In this document: positions 20,057-29,205 of the stretch, piece after piece
Numbering within the stretch: position 1 is the first letter of the stretch
Layout of the letters: each line of letters begins with the position of its first letter
Source: Oligoflexia bacterium
GTDB taxonomy: Bacteria; Bdellovibrionota; UBA1018
Assembly: GCA_023701205.1 (NCBI GenBank)
Contig: JAMPXJ010000006.1
Span: forward strand, 86,404-150,403
DNA: 64,000 nucleotides
Direction of reading: 5' to 3'
Made by a program: the position numbers and the translations under genes
Notes under the pieces: generated by a model
Told to the model about the DNA's origin: nothing
Databases searched by the model: none
The model's input: only the letters and a program-made list of their open reading frames with translations

Positions 20057-20613
20057 CAGCTGTCCCCTCCCGGCGCGGAAAGCAGGTTTCCGAAGATGAT
20101 CTCCGGGAAAAGCTTCTTCACGGCTTCATCGTTGCCGCTCTGGGGGTTGCGGGCGAAGATCGGGGCATCCGTCGCCTCGACGGCCCGTGCGGAGTCCATC
20201 AGCGAGACCAGGACGTCGTAGGTCGTGGCCGCGTGAGGAACGAGCACGAGCTTCGTCTCATTGGGGAAGAGCTTCTTGATCTCGAGCAGCCCTGAGTGGA
20301 TGCCGGCGATGTCGGGCTGGCCAGGCAGCGCGTGGGGGATCTTCTTCGAGGCGAACTTCTCGAACGGGCTCCACAGCTCGGTGTCCGACTCGTGGACCGA
20401 GACGGTGAGCTGCAGGGGCTTCTCCTTGAGCTGCTCCTCCATCTCCTTTTCGCTCGAGATGGGGAAGGGCGACTCGATGTGCACGATCGAGAGGAACGAG
20501 GTCGTGAAAAGGAGGAATCCGATCAGCGTGACCATGGTGTCGAGGATCGGCACCAGGTTGAGGTTGATCCCTTCGGCGGAGGATTTGCGGCGGGAGCTCG
20601 GGCGCTTGAGCAC
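20056..20613 (-). CDS. ExbD/TolR family motor subunit (AglQ-like)
   Basis: NLNLVPILDTMVTLIGFLL TM with Asp; YDVLVSLMDSAR. Confidence 0.85.
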   Translation of the reverse strand: MLKRPSSRRKSSAEGINLNLVPILDTMVTLIGFLLFTTSFLSIVHIESPFPISSEKEMEEQLKEKPLQLTVSVHESDTELWSPFEKFASKKIPHALPGQPDIAGIHSGLLEIKKLFPNETKLVLVPHAATTYDVLVSLMDSARAVEATDAPIFARNPQSGNDEAVKKLFPEIIFGNLLSAPGGDS

Positions 20614-20619
20614 GGCCCG

Positions 20620-21288
20620 TCACTCCGCCTTCTGCGCGCCCTGGCGGTACTTGCGTGCCGAGAGCAGATCCAGGAGCTTCACGCCGAACTCATCGATCTC
20701 CTCGAGCAGGCGGCTGGCCTGGTTCGAGAGGATGCTGTGGGCGATCATCGTGAAGATCGCGGTGATCAGGCCGAACGCCGTGGCGTTCATGGCCTCCGAA
20801 ATACCCGCCGAAAGGATCGCTTGCCGCTGCGCCGGATCCGCCTGCGCGATCGCCGCGAAGGACTTGATCAGGCCGCTGATGGTGCCCAGGAGGCCCAGCA
20901 GGGTGGCGATATTGGCGATCAGGGCGAGATAGGGAAGGCGCCGCTCGAGCTTCGGGATCATCTCCAGGCTCGTGGCATCGATCGCGTTCTGGATCTGGTT
21001 CTCGTCGCGCGAAGCGCGTTGCAGCCCGGCTTTGATGACCTTGGCCAGGGCCTTGTTGCCCCCGCCGTTACAGAGGCGGATCGCGCCGTCGATGTCGTTG
21101 GCCAGGATGTATTTCTGGACCTCGAACATGAAGGAGGCTCCGTCGACGTTGTACTGGATATAGAGCCGGTAAGCCCGCTCGATCGTCAAGGCGACGGAAA
21201 CGGCCAGGGAGATCGCGATGGGGATCATCCAGGCTCCGCCTGTTTGGAAGGCCGCGATCATGCTGTTGATGAAGCTCGTTTGTTCCAT
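20620..21288 (-). CDS. aglR: MotA/TolQ/ExbB proton channel protein (AglR-like)
   Basis: ATLLGLLGTISGLI and GISEAMNATAFGL TM motifs. Confidence 0.85.
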   Translation of the reverse strand: MEQTSFINSMIAAFQTGGAWMIPIAISLAVSVALTIERAYRLYIQYNVDGASFMFEVQKYILANDIDGAIRLCNGGGNKALAKVIKAGLQRASRDENQIQNAIDATSLEMIPKLERRLPYLALIANIATLLGLLGTISGLIKSFAAIAQADPAQRQAILSAGISEAMNATAFGLITAIFTMIAHSILSNQASRLLEEIDEFGVKLLDLLSARKYRQGAQKAE

Positions 21289-21404
21289 GAGCTTGGGTCT
21301 CCTTCGAATGGACGCGCGTGAAATGGGCGCGAGTATTGGAATTCCTTAGTTAAAGGATAACGGATTTGACGAGGCGGTCAATGGATTAACCCGCGGGGAA
21401 GGGC

Positions 21405-21443
21405 AAAAAAGAAGGGGCCGCCTCTTTCGAGGAAGCCCCCCTC
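21405..21443 (-). terminator. Rho-independent terminator of trxA
   Basis: Minus strand GGGGCTTCCTCGAAAGAGGCGGCCCC hairpin followed by TTCTTTTTT. Confidence 0.7.
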
Positions 21444-21466
21444 ATGGATCTTCAAAGCACAAGATC

Positions 21467-21799
21467 TCAAAGATGCTTCTGGACCACCTGGCTGAGCGTG
21501 TCTTTCGGGTGATTGCCCACGAGCTGATCGACGAGCTGGCCGTTCTTGAAAAACAGGACCGTCGGAATCCCGCGGATGTGATAGCGGCTCGGCGTCGCCG
21601 GATTCTCGTCGACGTTCATCTTGTAGACATTCATCTTGCCGGCGAATTCATCGGCGAGGGCGTCGATGGTGGGACCGAGCAGGCGGCAAGGGCCGCACCA
21701 TTCGGCCCAGAAATCGACGAGCGCAAGCTGCGCGGATTTCAGGACTTCGGATTCGAAATTGCCGTCAGTCGCGGCACGGACATTGGGTGAATTTGCCAT
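21467..21799 (-). CDS. trxA: Thioredoxin
   Basis: VDFWAEWCGPC, IRGIPT. Confidence 0.97.
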   Translation of the reverse strand: MANSPNVRAATDGNFESEVLKSAQLALVDFWAEWCGPCRLLGPTIDALADEFAGKMNVYKMNVDENPATPSRYHIRGIPTVLFFKNGQLVDQLVGNHPKDTLSQVVQKHL

Positions 21800-22009
21800 G
21801 AAAGATTCCTCTCTTCTCAGTGATCTCTAGGTAATCCCGATTGACCCAAAATAGCTGCCAAAAAAGCCGTGTCAAAAAAGTTTGCCAAAAAGTTTGGTGA
21901 AAAGGTCATTTCCTAATAAAATCGGCTTTAGCGTGATCGGGTTACCATTTTTCCTGAAAATGGTCGAGAGATTTAGTTTATAATTCCGTATGGTTGGGAT
22001 TGAAAGTTC

Positions 22010-22486
22010 ATGCTAGTCGCACTCAGCTTGGATCTGAAACCGGTTCCCGCACGTCAGAAAGTCGGCGTGCTCAACCGTGTTTCCGCCAAAATGATCGATA
22101 TCCTCCTGATCATCGGCGTCGCGGCGATTCTGCCCTACCCCCTGGGGCCGCTCCTCGCGTTTCTCTACAGCCTTTTGGCCGATGGATTGAATTTCGGCCC
22201 GTTTGCCGGACAGAGCGTCGGCAAGCGCCTCATGCGGCTGCAGGTGGTCAACGTCAAGACCCGCAAGCCTGCCAGCTACCGTGACTCGATGCTTCGCAAT
22301 ACCCCGGTCGGGGTGGCGACCTTTTTCGCGATCATTCCGGTGTGGGGCTGGCTCATCCTGGTCCTGGTCGGGGTGCCTCTCATGGTCATGGAGATCTACC
22401 TGATGATGAGCGTCGAGGCCGGCCATCGCCTGGGCGACGTGATGGGGGATTCCGAGGTCATCGAATTGCCGCGCCAGAGCAGCTAA
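22010..22486 (+). CDS. RDD family membrane protein
   Basis: RVSAKMID, GQSVGKRLMRLQVV, GHRLGD. Confidence 0.85.
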   Translation: MLVALSLDLKPVPARQKVGVLNRVSAKMIDILLIIGVAAILPYPLGPLLAFLYSLLADGLNFGPFAGQSVGKRLMRLQVVNVKTRKPASYRDSMLRNTPVGVATFFAIIPVWGWLILVLVGVPLMVMEIYLMMSVEAGHRLGDVMGDSEVIELPRQSS

Positions 22487-22527
22487 CGGGTGCGGCCCAG
22501 GTTTTTGTTGTGCTATGAGGGGAGGAT

Positions 22528-25461
22528 ATGTCCAAGCCCCTCTTCGCCGATCCGGAGCACACGCTCTATCTCCTCGACATCAGCTCCTTCATCTTCCGGG
22601 CCTTCTTCGCGATCCGTTCCCTGAGCACGCGAAGCGGCGAGCCCGTGAATGCGGTGTACGGAGTGGCCACGATGCTCGCCCGGATCGCCGAGGAGGCGCG
22701 CCCGCAGTACCTCGCGGTGGCTTACGATTCCCCGGAGCCTTCGTTCCGCGAGGAGCTCTATGCGGAGTACAAGGCCAATCGCTCGGAGCCCCCCGAGGAC
22801 CTCATCCCTCAGTTCGCGCGGATCGAGGAGCTGGTGCGGCGCTTCGAGATCCATTCCTACCGCATGCCCGGTCTCGAAGCCGATGACCTGATCGCAACAC
22901 TCGCGCGCAAGTGGTGCGCGGAATCGCCTGTGAACCGCGCCGTGATCGTGACGGGCGACAAGGATCTCATGCAGCTCGTGGATGAGCGTACGCGGGTCTG
23001 GGACACGATGGCGCAGAAAATTTACGGCCCGGACGAGGTCTTCGAGAAGATGGGCGTGCGCCCCGATCAGATCCGCGATTACCTCGGGCTGGTCGGCGAC
23101 AGCTCCGACAATATCCCCGGAGTGGCGGGGGTCGGCCCCAAGACCGCCGCGGAGCTGCTCAAGGAGTACGGCGATCTCGACCGCATCCTGGCCGCGGCCG
23201 CCGTCGGCAAGATCAAGGGCAAGCGCGGCGAGACGCTCGCCGCGAGCGAGAAGGTGGCGCGGCTTTCGGCGGAGCTTGCGACCGTGCGCTCGGACCTGGA
23301 CGTTCAGCTCCGGCGAGACGAGCTCGTCTACCGCTTTCATGTCAACGAGAAGTGCCGGGACTTCCTGCTCTCGATGGACTTCAACTCGCTCGTGGCGCGT
23401 TGGGCGAAGGACGCTCAGGAAGGGGTGGTCAACGGAGTGAAGGCGTCTGTCCCTCTCGCCACGCAGGCCGCGTCTCCGAAAACCGCGGAACTTGCGACCA
23501 CCGGGCAGGCCTCCTTCGCGCTGGAGGCACCGGGTTTCGCCGGCGCGGCTCCGCCTGCTGCTGATTCCGCCCCTCCGGTCACGCCTGCCTCCGCGCCCGC
23601 TCCCGCGACCGTGAATCTTCCCGCGCTCGTGGGCCCGGACAAGATCTTCCGCACAGTGAATACCGAAGACGATTTCCAGGCGCTGCTCGCCGCCCTCGAG
23701 AAGGCGCACGAGGTGGGCTTCGATCTGGAGACCACCTCGCTCAATCCGCGCCAGGCCGAGATCGTGGGCTTCGCCCTTTGCCATGACCCGAAGTTCGCCT
23801 GCTACGTACCCGTGGGCCATCGCCCAAGCCTCGCGGGTCCGCCCGTGGAGCAGCTTTCGCTTTCGCGCGTGCTCGAAGGGCTCCGGCCTTTCCTGGAGGA
23901 TCCCCGCCGCAAGAAGATCGGGCAGAACCTCAAGTACGACTGGAACGTCCTGGCCGCTCACGGCGTGCATGCCGACGGGATCGGCGCCGACACGATGGTC
24001 GCCGCCTACGTGCTCGATCCCGAGGGGCGGCACAACCTGGCGACCCTGGCCGCCTCTTATCTCGACTATTCGGTGCTCACCTACGAGCAGGTCTGCGGCA
24101 AAGGCAAGGACGCGCTTTCCTTCGATCAGGTGCCCATCGATCTTGCGACCCGGTATTCGGCCGAGGACGCCTGGATCGCCATGCGGCTCTGGCTCCAGCT
24201 CAAGGAGCGCCTCGCGCAGGAGCGCTTAATGGAGGTCTTCGCGCGCGTGGATCTCCCGCTCGTGCAGGTGCTGGCCGACATGGAGTCCGAGGGCGTCTCG
24301 ATCGATACGGAGTGGCTGCGGCAGCTCTCCGAGGAATTTTCGCGCGAGCTGCGCGCGATCGAAAGCCGTATCCAGGCTTACACCTCGGGCCCGATCAACC
24401 TCAATTCCCCCAAGCAGCTCGCTGTGCTGCTCTTTGAGCAGCTCAAGCTCCCGGTGCAGGGCAAGACCAAAACGGGCTACTCCACCGATGCGCAGGTGCT
24501 CGAGACGCTCGCGCCGCTGCACGAGGTTCCGCGGCTGCTGCTGGAGTACCGCGAGATCTCCAAGCTCAAGGGGACGTACGTCGATCCGCTTCCGCTGATG
24601 CGCGATTCGAAGACGGGAAAGATCCACGCGAGCTTCCACCAGACGGTGGCCGCCACGGGGCGGCTTTCGAGCTCCGAACCCAATCTCCAGAACATCCCGA
24701 TCCGGACGGAGCGCGGGCGTAAGATCCGCCGAGCCTTCGTCCCCTCGCCGGGGAATGTCCTGGTTGCGGCCGACTACAGCCAGATCGAACTCCGGCTGCT
24801 CGCGCACATGAGCGGGGATCCGGAGCTCGGGCGCGCGTTCCGCGAGGACGAGGACGTCCATCGACAGACCGCCGCCGAGATCTTCCGCATTCCGGGCGCG
24901 GAGGTCGACGAGCGCCAGCGCGGCATTGCCAAGGCGATCAACTTCGGCCTGATGTACGGCAAGACCGCCTTCGGGCTCGCGCAGGAGCTCAAGATCTCCC
25001 GCAAGGAGGCGCAGGAGACGATCGACCGCTACTTCCAGCGCTACGGCGCCGTGAAGCGCTTCCTCGATCAGCAGATCCTCGACGCGCGCGAGAACGGCTA
25101 TGTCACGACGCTTCTTGGCCGCAAGCGCGCGCTTCCCGATATCGCTTCCAGGAATCAGGCGATCCGCAACAACGCCGAGCGCATGGCCATGAACTCGCCC
25201 ATCCAGGGCACGGCCGCGGATCTCATGAAGCTCGCGATGACCGAGCTCGCGCACCGCCTGCGCGGCGAAGGCCTGCGCTCGAAGCTCATCATCCAGGTCC
25301 ACGACGAGGTCGTGCTCGATTGCCCGCGCGAGGAGGCCGAAGCCGTCAAGGCGCTCGTGACCCGCGTGATGGAATCCTCGGGCGATGGGCATCTGGGCAT
25401 GAAGCTCTCCGTCCCCCTGCGCGTGAACGCGGCGGTCGGGGCGAACTGGATGGATCTGTAG
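22528..25461 (+). CDS. polA: DNA polymerase I
   Basis: 5'-3' exo (EADD, GDSSDNIPGV), 3'-5' exo (FDLETT, NLKYD, YSAED), polymerase (DYSQIELR, KAINFGLMYG, QVHDE). Confidence 0.98.
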   Translation: MSKPLFADPEHTLYLLDISSFIFRAFFAIRSLSTRSGEPVNAVYGVATMLARIAEEARPQYLAVAYDSPEPSFREELYAEYKANRSEPPEDLIPQFARIEELVRRFEIHSYRMPGLEADDLIATLARKWCAESPVNRAVIVTGDKDLMQLVDERTRVWDTMAQKIYGPDEVFEKMGVRPDQIRDYLGLVGDSSDNIPGVAGVGPKTAAELLKEYGDLDRILAAAAVGKIKGKRGETLAASEKVARLSAELATVRSDLDVQLRRDELVYRFHVNEKCRDFLLSMDFNSLVARWAKDAQEGVVNGVKASVPLATQAASPKTAELATTGQASFALEAPGFAGAAPPAADSAPPVTPASAPAPATVNLPALVGPDKIFRTVNTEDDFQALLAALEKAHEVGFDLETTSLNPRQAEIVGFALCHDPKFACYVPVGHRPSLAGPPVEQLSLSRVLEGLRPFLEDPRRKKIGQNLKYDWNVLAAHGVHADGIGADTMVAAYVLDPEGRHNLATLAASYLDYSVLTYEQVCGKGKDALSFDQVPIDLATRYSAEDAWIAMRLWLQLKERLAQERLMEVFARVDLPLVQVLADMESEGVSIDTEWLRQLSEEFSRELRAIESRIQAYTSGPINLNSPKQLAVLLFEQLKLPVQGKTKTGYSTDAQVLETLAPLHEVPRLLLEYREISKLKGTYVDPLPLMRDSKTGKIHASFHQTVAATGRLSSSEPNLQNIPIRTERGRKIRRAFVPSPGNVLVAADYSQIELRLLAHMSGDPELGRAFREDEDVHRQTAAEIFRIPGAEVDERQRGIAKAINFGLMYGKTAFGLAQELKISRKEAQETIDRYFQRYGAVKRFLDQQILDARENGYVTTLLGRKRALPDIASRNQAIRNNAERMAMNSPIQGTAADLMKLAMTELAHRLRGEGLRSKLIIQVHDEVVLDCPREEAEAVKALVTRVMESSGDGHLGMKLSVPLRVNAAVGANWMDL

Positions 25462-25467
25462 CCCATC

Positions 25468-25516
25468 GCGCTCCCTCGCTTCGCTCGGGCTGGCGCCATC
25501 CATGGCGCGCAAGCCC
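25468..25516. repeat. REP-like double hairpin downstream of polA
   Basis: CCCTCGCTTCGCTCGGG and GCGCCATCCATGGCGC stems. Confidence 0.4.
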
Positions 25517-25537
25517 CCTCACGATACCTTGAACGGG

Positions 25538-26188
25538 CTAAGCTCCGCAGAGCAGCGATTCGTCCAGCGAGCGCCAGCCTTCCACGGCCCGGTCGACCGA
25601 GGAGGCCCGCCCTGCGCTGAAAAGGAGCGCGTGTCTTCCGTCAGCGGATACGCCATAGCTCAGTGCATGGTTTGGGTTCGTGCGCACGGTTTTGCAAAAA
25701 CGGCCTGACTTCAAAAGGGTGAAGCCGTAGGAGTGCAGTAAGCCCAGGCGGTCTTCGGAGAACTCCACGATCAAATAGAGTGTCGCCACTGGTGCGCCCA
25801 AGAATCGACCGAGTACGCCCGAAATCGTGGGAGGGAAGTCCAGCGTCGCGTTTTTCCCGCTTAGGCCTTTCGCGGAGAGAATCAGGCCCTCATTCACAAA
25901 GTAGTTCTCATCGCAGATTTCCGTTCCCCGGACGTGTACGCAATTGGTTTCGAAATTGTCAGTTATCCGGGAGGTGATCGTACCTCCGTGAGGCGGAACG
26001 AAGTTGTGCAGCGGTTCCGTGCTGTTTACCGGTAAGCTGGCGGGCAATAACCGGATCTCGCTCGCGGGTAGCTTGGCGGCCGGAAGATCCGCGATAGGAA
26101 TGGATGGGGGCTGTTCCGCGCAGCCGCCAAGCAGGAGTCCGAAGCCGATGCTGACAACTAGCGCCGAATTCCGTCTTAACGGATTCAT
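25538..26188 (-). CDS. Hypothetical lipoprotein
   Basis: Lipobox LLGGC after hydrophobic N-terminus; lower GC. Confidence 0.6.
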   Translation of the reverse strand: MNPLRRNSALVVSIGFGLLLGGCAEQPPSIPIADLPAAKLPASEIRLLPASLPVNSTEPLHNFVPPHGGTITSRITDNFETNCVHVRGTEICDENYFVNEGLILSAKGLSGKNATLDFPPTISGVLGRFLGAPVATLYLIVEFSEDRLGLLHSYGFTLLKSGRFCKTVRTNPNHALSYGVSADGRHALLFSAGRASSVDRAVEGWRSLDESLLCGA

Positions 26189-26251
26189 TCAAGGGAGGGT
26201 AACATACGTCTCAAGTTGCCTGCCAGCTGGAAGGCCGGTTAGGATTGCTTT

Positions 26252-26893
26252 ATGCGATTTCTAATTCTGCTGATCTCTTCCTTTGTTGTGAACGCCTCGG
26301 AGGCCGACACGGTTTCCAAGATGCTTGACGCTGATAGGGCCACGGAGCAGGCGCTCTTCAAGCAGGCCGGGGGAGTGTTCAGTCGGCCAAAGCCCGGAAC
26401 GCTCAAGCTCAAGCTCACGAACGGGAAGGAAAAGGAGTTCCTGGATAATCCCAGCGATGGAGATACTCACGTCAACTATGCTCTTCAGAAGCTTTATCCC
26501 AAAGCGGGGTTCGCCCTCCTTCATCTGGCACTCTACGAAGGGGAAGATTACCTGCTGCTCCGGCTTTCAGATGGCTGGAATACCGTCCTTCCGGATCTTC
26601 CGGTCTGGTCTCCCGATTTCGCCTTTTTCGCGATTGCACACGACGGCGGCGAGGCCCAGTATACGCCGGATGAGGTGGCGATCTGGAGTTGTGCGGCCAC
26701 CGAGCGCGGATGCGAAAGGATCTGGCAGACCCCGAGGGACCCGGAGACACGCGTTTCTACCTATGCGGGGCGGCGCGCCTTGTGGAAATCCAAAAACACG
26801 GTGGAGCTCACGATGAGTCGCAACGACAAGTCGTTCAGCGCCGTGTGCATGTGCCAGATCAAGGCCTGCCGCTGCAGTCCCGATCCTCAGTAA
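26252..26893 (+). CDS. Secreted hypothetical protein
   Basis: Signal peptide; YEG..YLLL...DG...L...PVWSPD pattern; C-terminus and stop lie within repeat copy B. Confidence 0.7.
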   Translation: MRFLILLISSFVVNASEADTVSKMLDADRATEQALFKQAGGVFSRPKPGTLKLKLTNGKEKEFLDNPSDGDTHVNYALQKLYPKAGFALLHLALYEGEDYLLLRLSDGWNTVLPDLPVWSPDFAFFAIAHDGGEAQYTPDEVAIWSCAATERGCERIWQTPRDPETRVSTYAGRRALWKSKNTVELTMSRNDKSFSAVCMCQIKACRCSPDPQ

Positions 26894-26951
26894 ATCGGCC
26901 CGAGCGGGCGCCGCCCGATCCTTCGTAACGCGTCCGGAAGCGCAGCCACGG
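26862..26951 (+). repeat. Direct repeat copy B (copy of 31293-31386)
   Basis: Aligns to 31293-31386 with 4 substitutions and one 4-nt deletion. Confidence 0.95.
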
Positions 26952-27491
26952 TGATCGGGGTCGGAAGGTTCTCTCGTATTTCTGGTCAAATCCGCACGAA
27001 AAATCGTTTGTTCGCGATCACTTGGCCATTGGAAGAAGGATTCGGTCCTGAAGGAAAGAATCAGTGTTGCCGTACCTTTGGGATAAAGAGTCGACTTTCC
27101 ATGTCTTGCATTGGCTTCAAAGATTGGCTTCAGTTTGGAATCGTTGAACTCCGCTCCCAGAGAATCAATCTCCTCAGGCGAGAGCTCTTGAAAAAGGTAT
27201 CCGACGGCCGCGAACTCGCGTGCTTCTGCTGACGTAGCGGCGCGCCGCTCTTTAGCGATAACCGATACCGCAAGAAAGAAAGCCGACCGACTTCTCCACG
27301 GCGGGTGTAGTCCCCAAGATCCCGCTGCGTGATTTCTGCGGAAATGCTGAAGGGGTCGGATTACAGCGACGCGGGGCGAGGCGCGCGGATGCGTCGTGCC
27401 GACGAGGGCGCGCTTTCTTAACGGCCCGGGAGTGGCAAGCGCCCCCGAGCGAACCTGTTTTTCCAGAAACGACTTCAGATAACTGAACAAA

Positions 27492-28979
27492 ATGCCGATT
27501 AACTCAGATGTGGGCTATTTTCTGTGGCTTCTACCCTTAGCTCTCCTCCTTTCGTCGGACCTCCGGGCTACCGAAGACCCCTGCGCGACTTCCGCAACTC
27601 GCACGGCCGCCGCTCCTGACGAGCAGATCCTGAAGATAGAGCAGCTCGCAACCACTCTCGCGGAAGACCTTCGCCCGAAGCACCGCGCGTATCTCGGGCC
27701 CGAGGAGCTTCGGGAGCAAGACACACGGACCCTGGCCAAGTTGCTTGTGACTCGTCTCCGAGAGGGGTGTGAAGCTCCCAAAGAAACCGGCGCATCCAGC
27801 AAGGATCTTCAAGCGGACGTCATCATGATGGTTCCTCACGCCAATTTTGAGGGGATCGCGCGTTTTGGATTTCTCAACCAGCACAAGACTCAAGCCTCGA
27901 TCGGAGCTTCGGACCGAAAGGGCCGCTTTCTCGCGGAACAGGACTTCTCCTTGATGCGCCTTCCTTACAGCGACAAAGGCAAGGAGCTATTGCCCAAGTA
28001 CGCCATCTTGAACCTGAAGGGCGGGGACTTCGGAAAATTTTCGCTTCCGGCGCACTACGGCGATGTAGCGGTGGTTTTCAAGCCTGAGGTGAAGCAGAGA
28101 ATGATCTGGAGCTACACTGACAGTCTAGGGACGGACAAATCGCGCCGGCGTCTGCGCCGCCCCCCGATGACCGCGCAGTACGAAACACCGGAAGCAAACA
28201 GGAAGGCTTGCTACGGATATTGCGAAGCGCAGATCTGGGGCGCCCTCGACCTGACGGATGTCGCCTACCTGATGATCAAGGAAGGGGATAAGGTTCCGGA
28301 GTCGCTCAAGAAGCTGGGAGTCCCGGTCTATTTTTATCGTCCCGAGCCCAATCCGGAACACGCCGCCGGCTTCACCCGGCTGGAGCAGGCTGTAGCGGGA
28401 AATCCAGCCAGGATCAAACGCCCGGATGTCCTCACTTTGAGCGAAATCGAAAAGGCGAAGAATGAACCTGCCGTGAGGGATATTCCAAAGCCATTCCCCA
28501 ATCCGATAAAAAGTATCTTGGTAAGCAAGGAACAAAGCATCCTCTCCGAAAGCGAGCTCCTTGAGCGGATCAGCTCCCCAGAATCCACTCCCGCTGATCG
28601 TGAATCCGATTCGGCATTCGACCCCAAGGAGCAATTGGTCGCCGAGTTGGCCACCCGACCTAAGACGCCAGCGGTGATCCGCAAGCTCAAGGAACTGATG
28701 ACGGATTCCTCCGTTCATATTCGCTCCCAAGCGGCCTATGGTTTAAGCGAGCTTCCTTGGAGCGAATTCAAACGCATCGCCTTGCACTGTCTGAAGGACT
28801 CGTCGGAGGTCGTGAAGCTGGAATGCCTCGCCCTGGTGGCGGATCACCTCACGGACGACGCCGATATCGCCAAGGCGATCAGGGAGCTTGAAGCCGCCGA
28901 GGGTGATTCAAAACTCAAGGATTGGATCAAGGTCTTGCAGGCGAAGCGTCTTTGCGATTCCATGGCTTCCGAGAGGTGA
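27492..28979 (+). CDS. Secreted DUF3626-like protein with C-terminal HEAT-like repeats
   Basis: GFLNQH.T..S, PKYAILN, HYGD, R...SYTDS, YCEAQIWG.LDLTDV match the DUF3626 pattern; DSSVHIRSQAAYGL HEAT-like; possible GTG start at 27510. Confidence 0.7.
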   Translation: MPINSDVGYFLWLLPLALLLSSDLRATEDPCATSATRTAAAPDEQILKIEQLATTLAEDLRPKHRAYLGPEELREQDTRTLAKLLVTRLREGCEAPKETGASSKDLQADVIMMVPHANFEGIARFGFLNQHKTQASIGASDRKGRFLAEQDFSLMRLPYSDKGKELLPKYAILNLKGGDFGKFSLPAHYGDVAVVFKPEVKQRMIWSYTDSLGTDKSRRRLRRPPMTAQYETPEANRKACYGYCEAQIWGALDLTDVAYLMIKEGDKVPESLKKLGVPVYFYRPEPNPEHAAGFTRLEQAVAGNPARIKRPDVLTLSEIEKAKNEPAVRDIPKPFPNPIKSILVSKEQSILSESELLERISSPESTPADRESDSAFDPKEQLVAELATRPKTPAVIRKLKELMTDSSVHIRSQAAYGLSELPWSEFKRIALHCLKDSSEVVKLECLALVADHLTDDADIAKAIRELEAAEGDSKLKDWIKVLQAKRLCDSMASER

Positions 28980-29040
28980 GGAACGCCGTATACCCATCCT
29001 TGCGCCCTAGGCTGACGGAAAAAAGTTTAACGCTGTTTGC

Positions 29041-29129
29041 CAGTCTCGTGCCTCAGTAAACCGGCCCGAGCGGACACCGCCCGGTCCTTCGCAGGGTCTG
29101 CGTGCGAAAGCCCGGCCACGGCAGGTGCG
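29041..29129 (+). repeat. Direct repeat copy C (diverged copy of 31306-31394)
   Basis: Ungapped alignment, 12 mismatches in 89 nt; minus strand encodes HLPWPGFRTQTLRRTGRCPLGPVY*. Confidence 0.9.
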
Positions 29130-29205
29130 TCGTCGTTCATAATGCAATGCAACGTGAAGTGCGCTATTTTTCAAGCCCGCTGTGTTCATGGACGAAAGGT
29201 AACTG

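Noticed and set aside
21800..22009. AT-rich spacer as replication origin or ncRNA
   Set aside because: No DnaA boxes seen; explained by divergent promoters of trxA and the RDD gene
23400..23640. Intein or mobile insertion in polA
   Set aside because: Only a low-complexity Ala/Pro linker between the exonuclease domains; no intein terminal motifs
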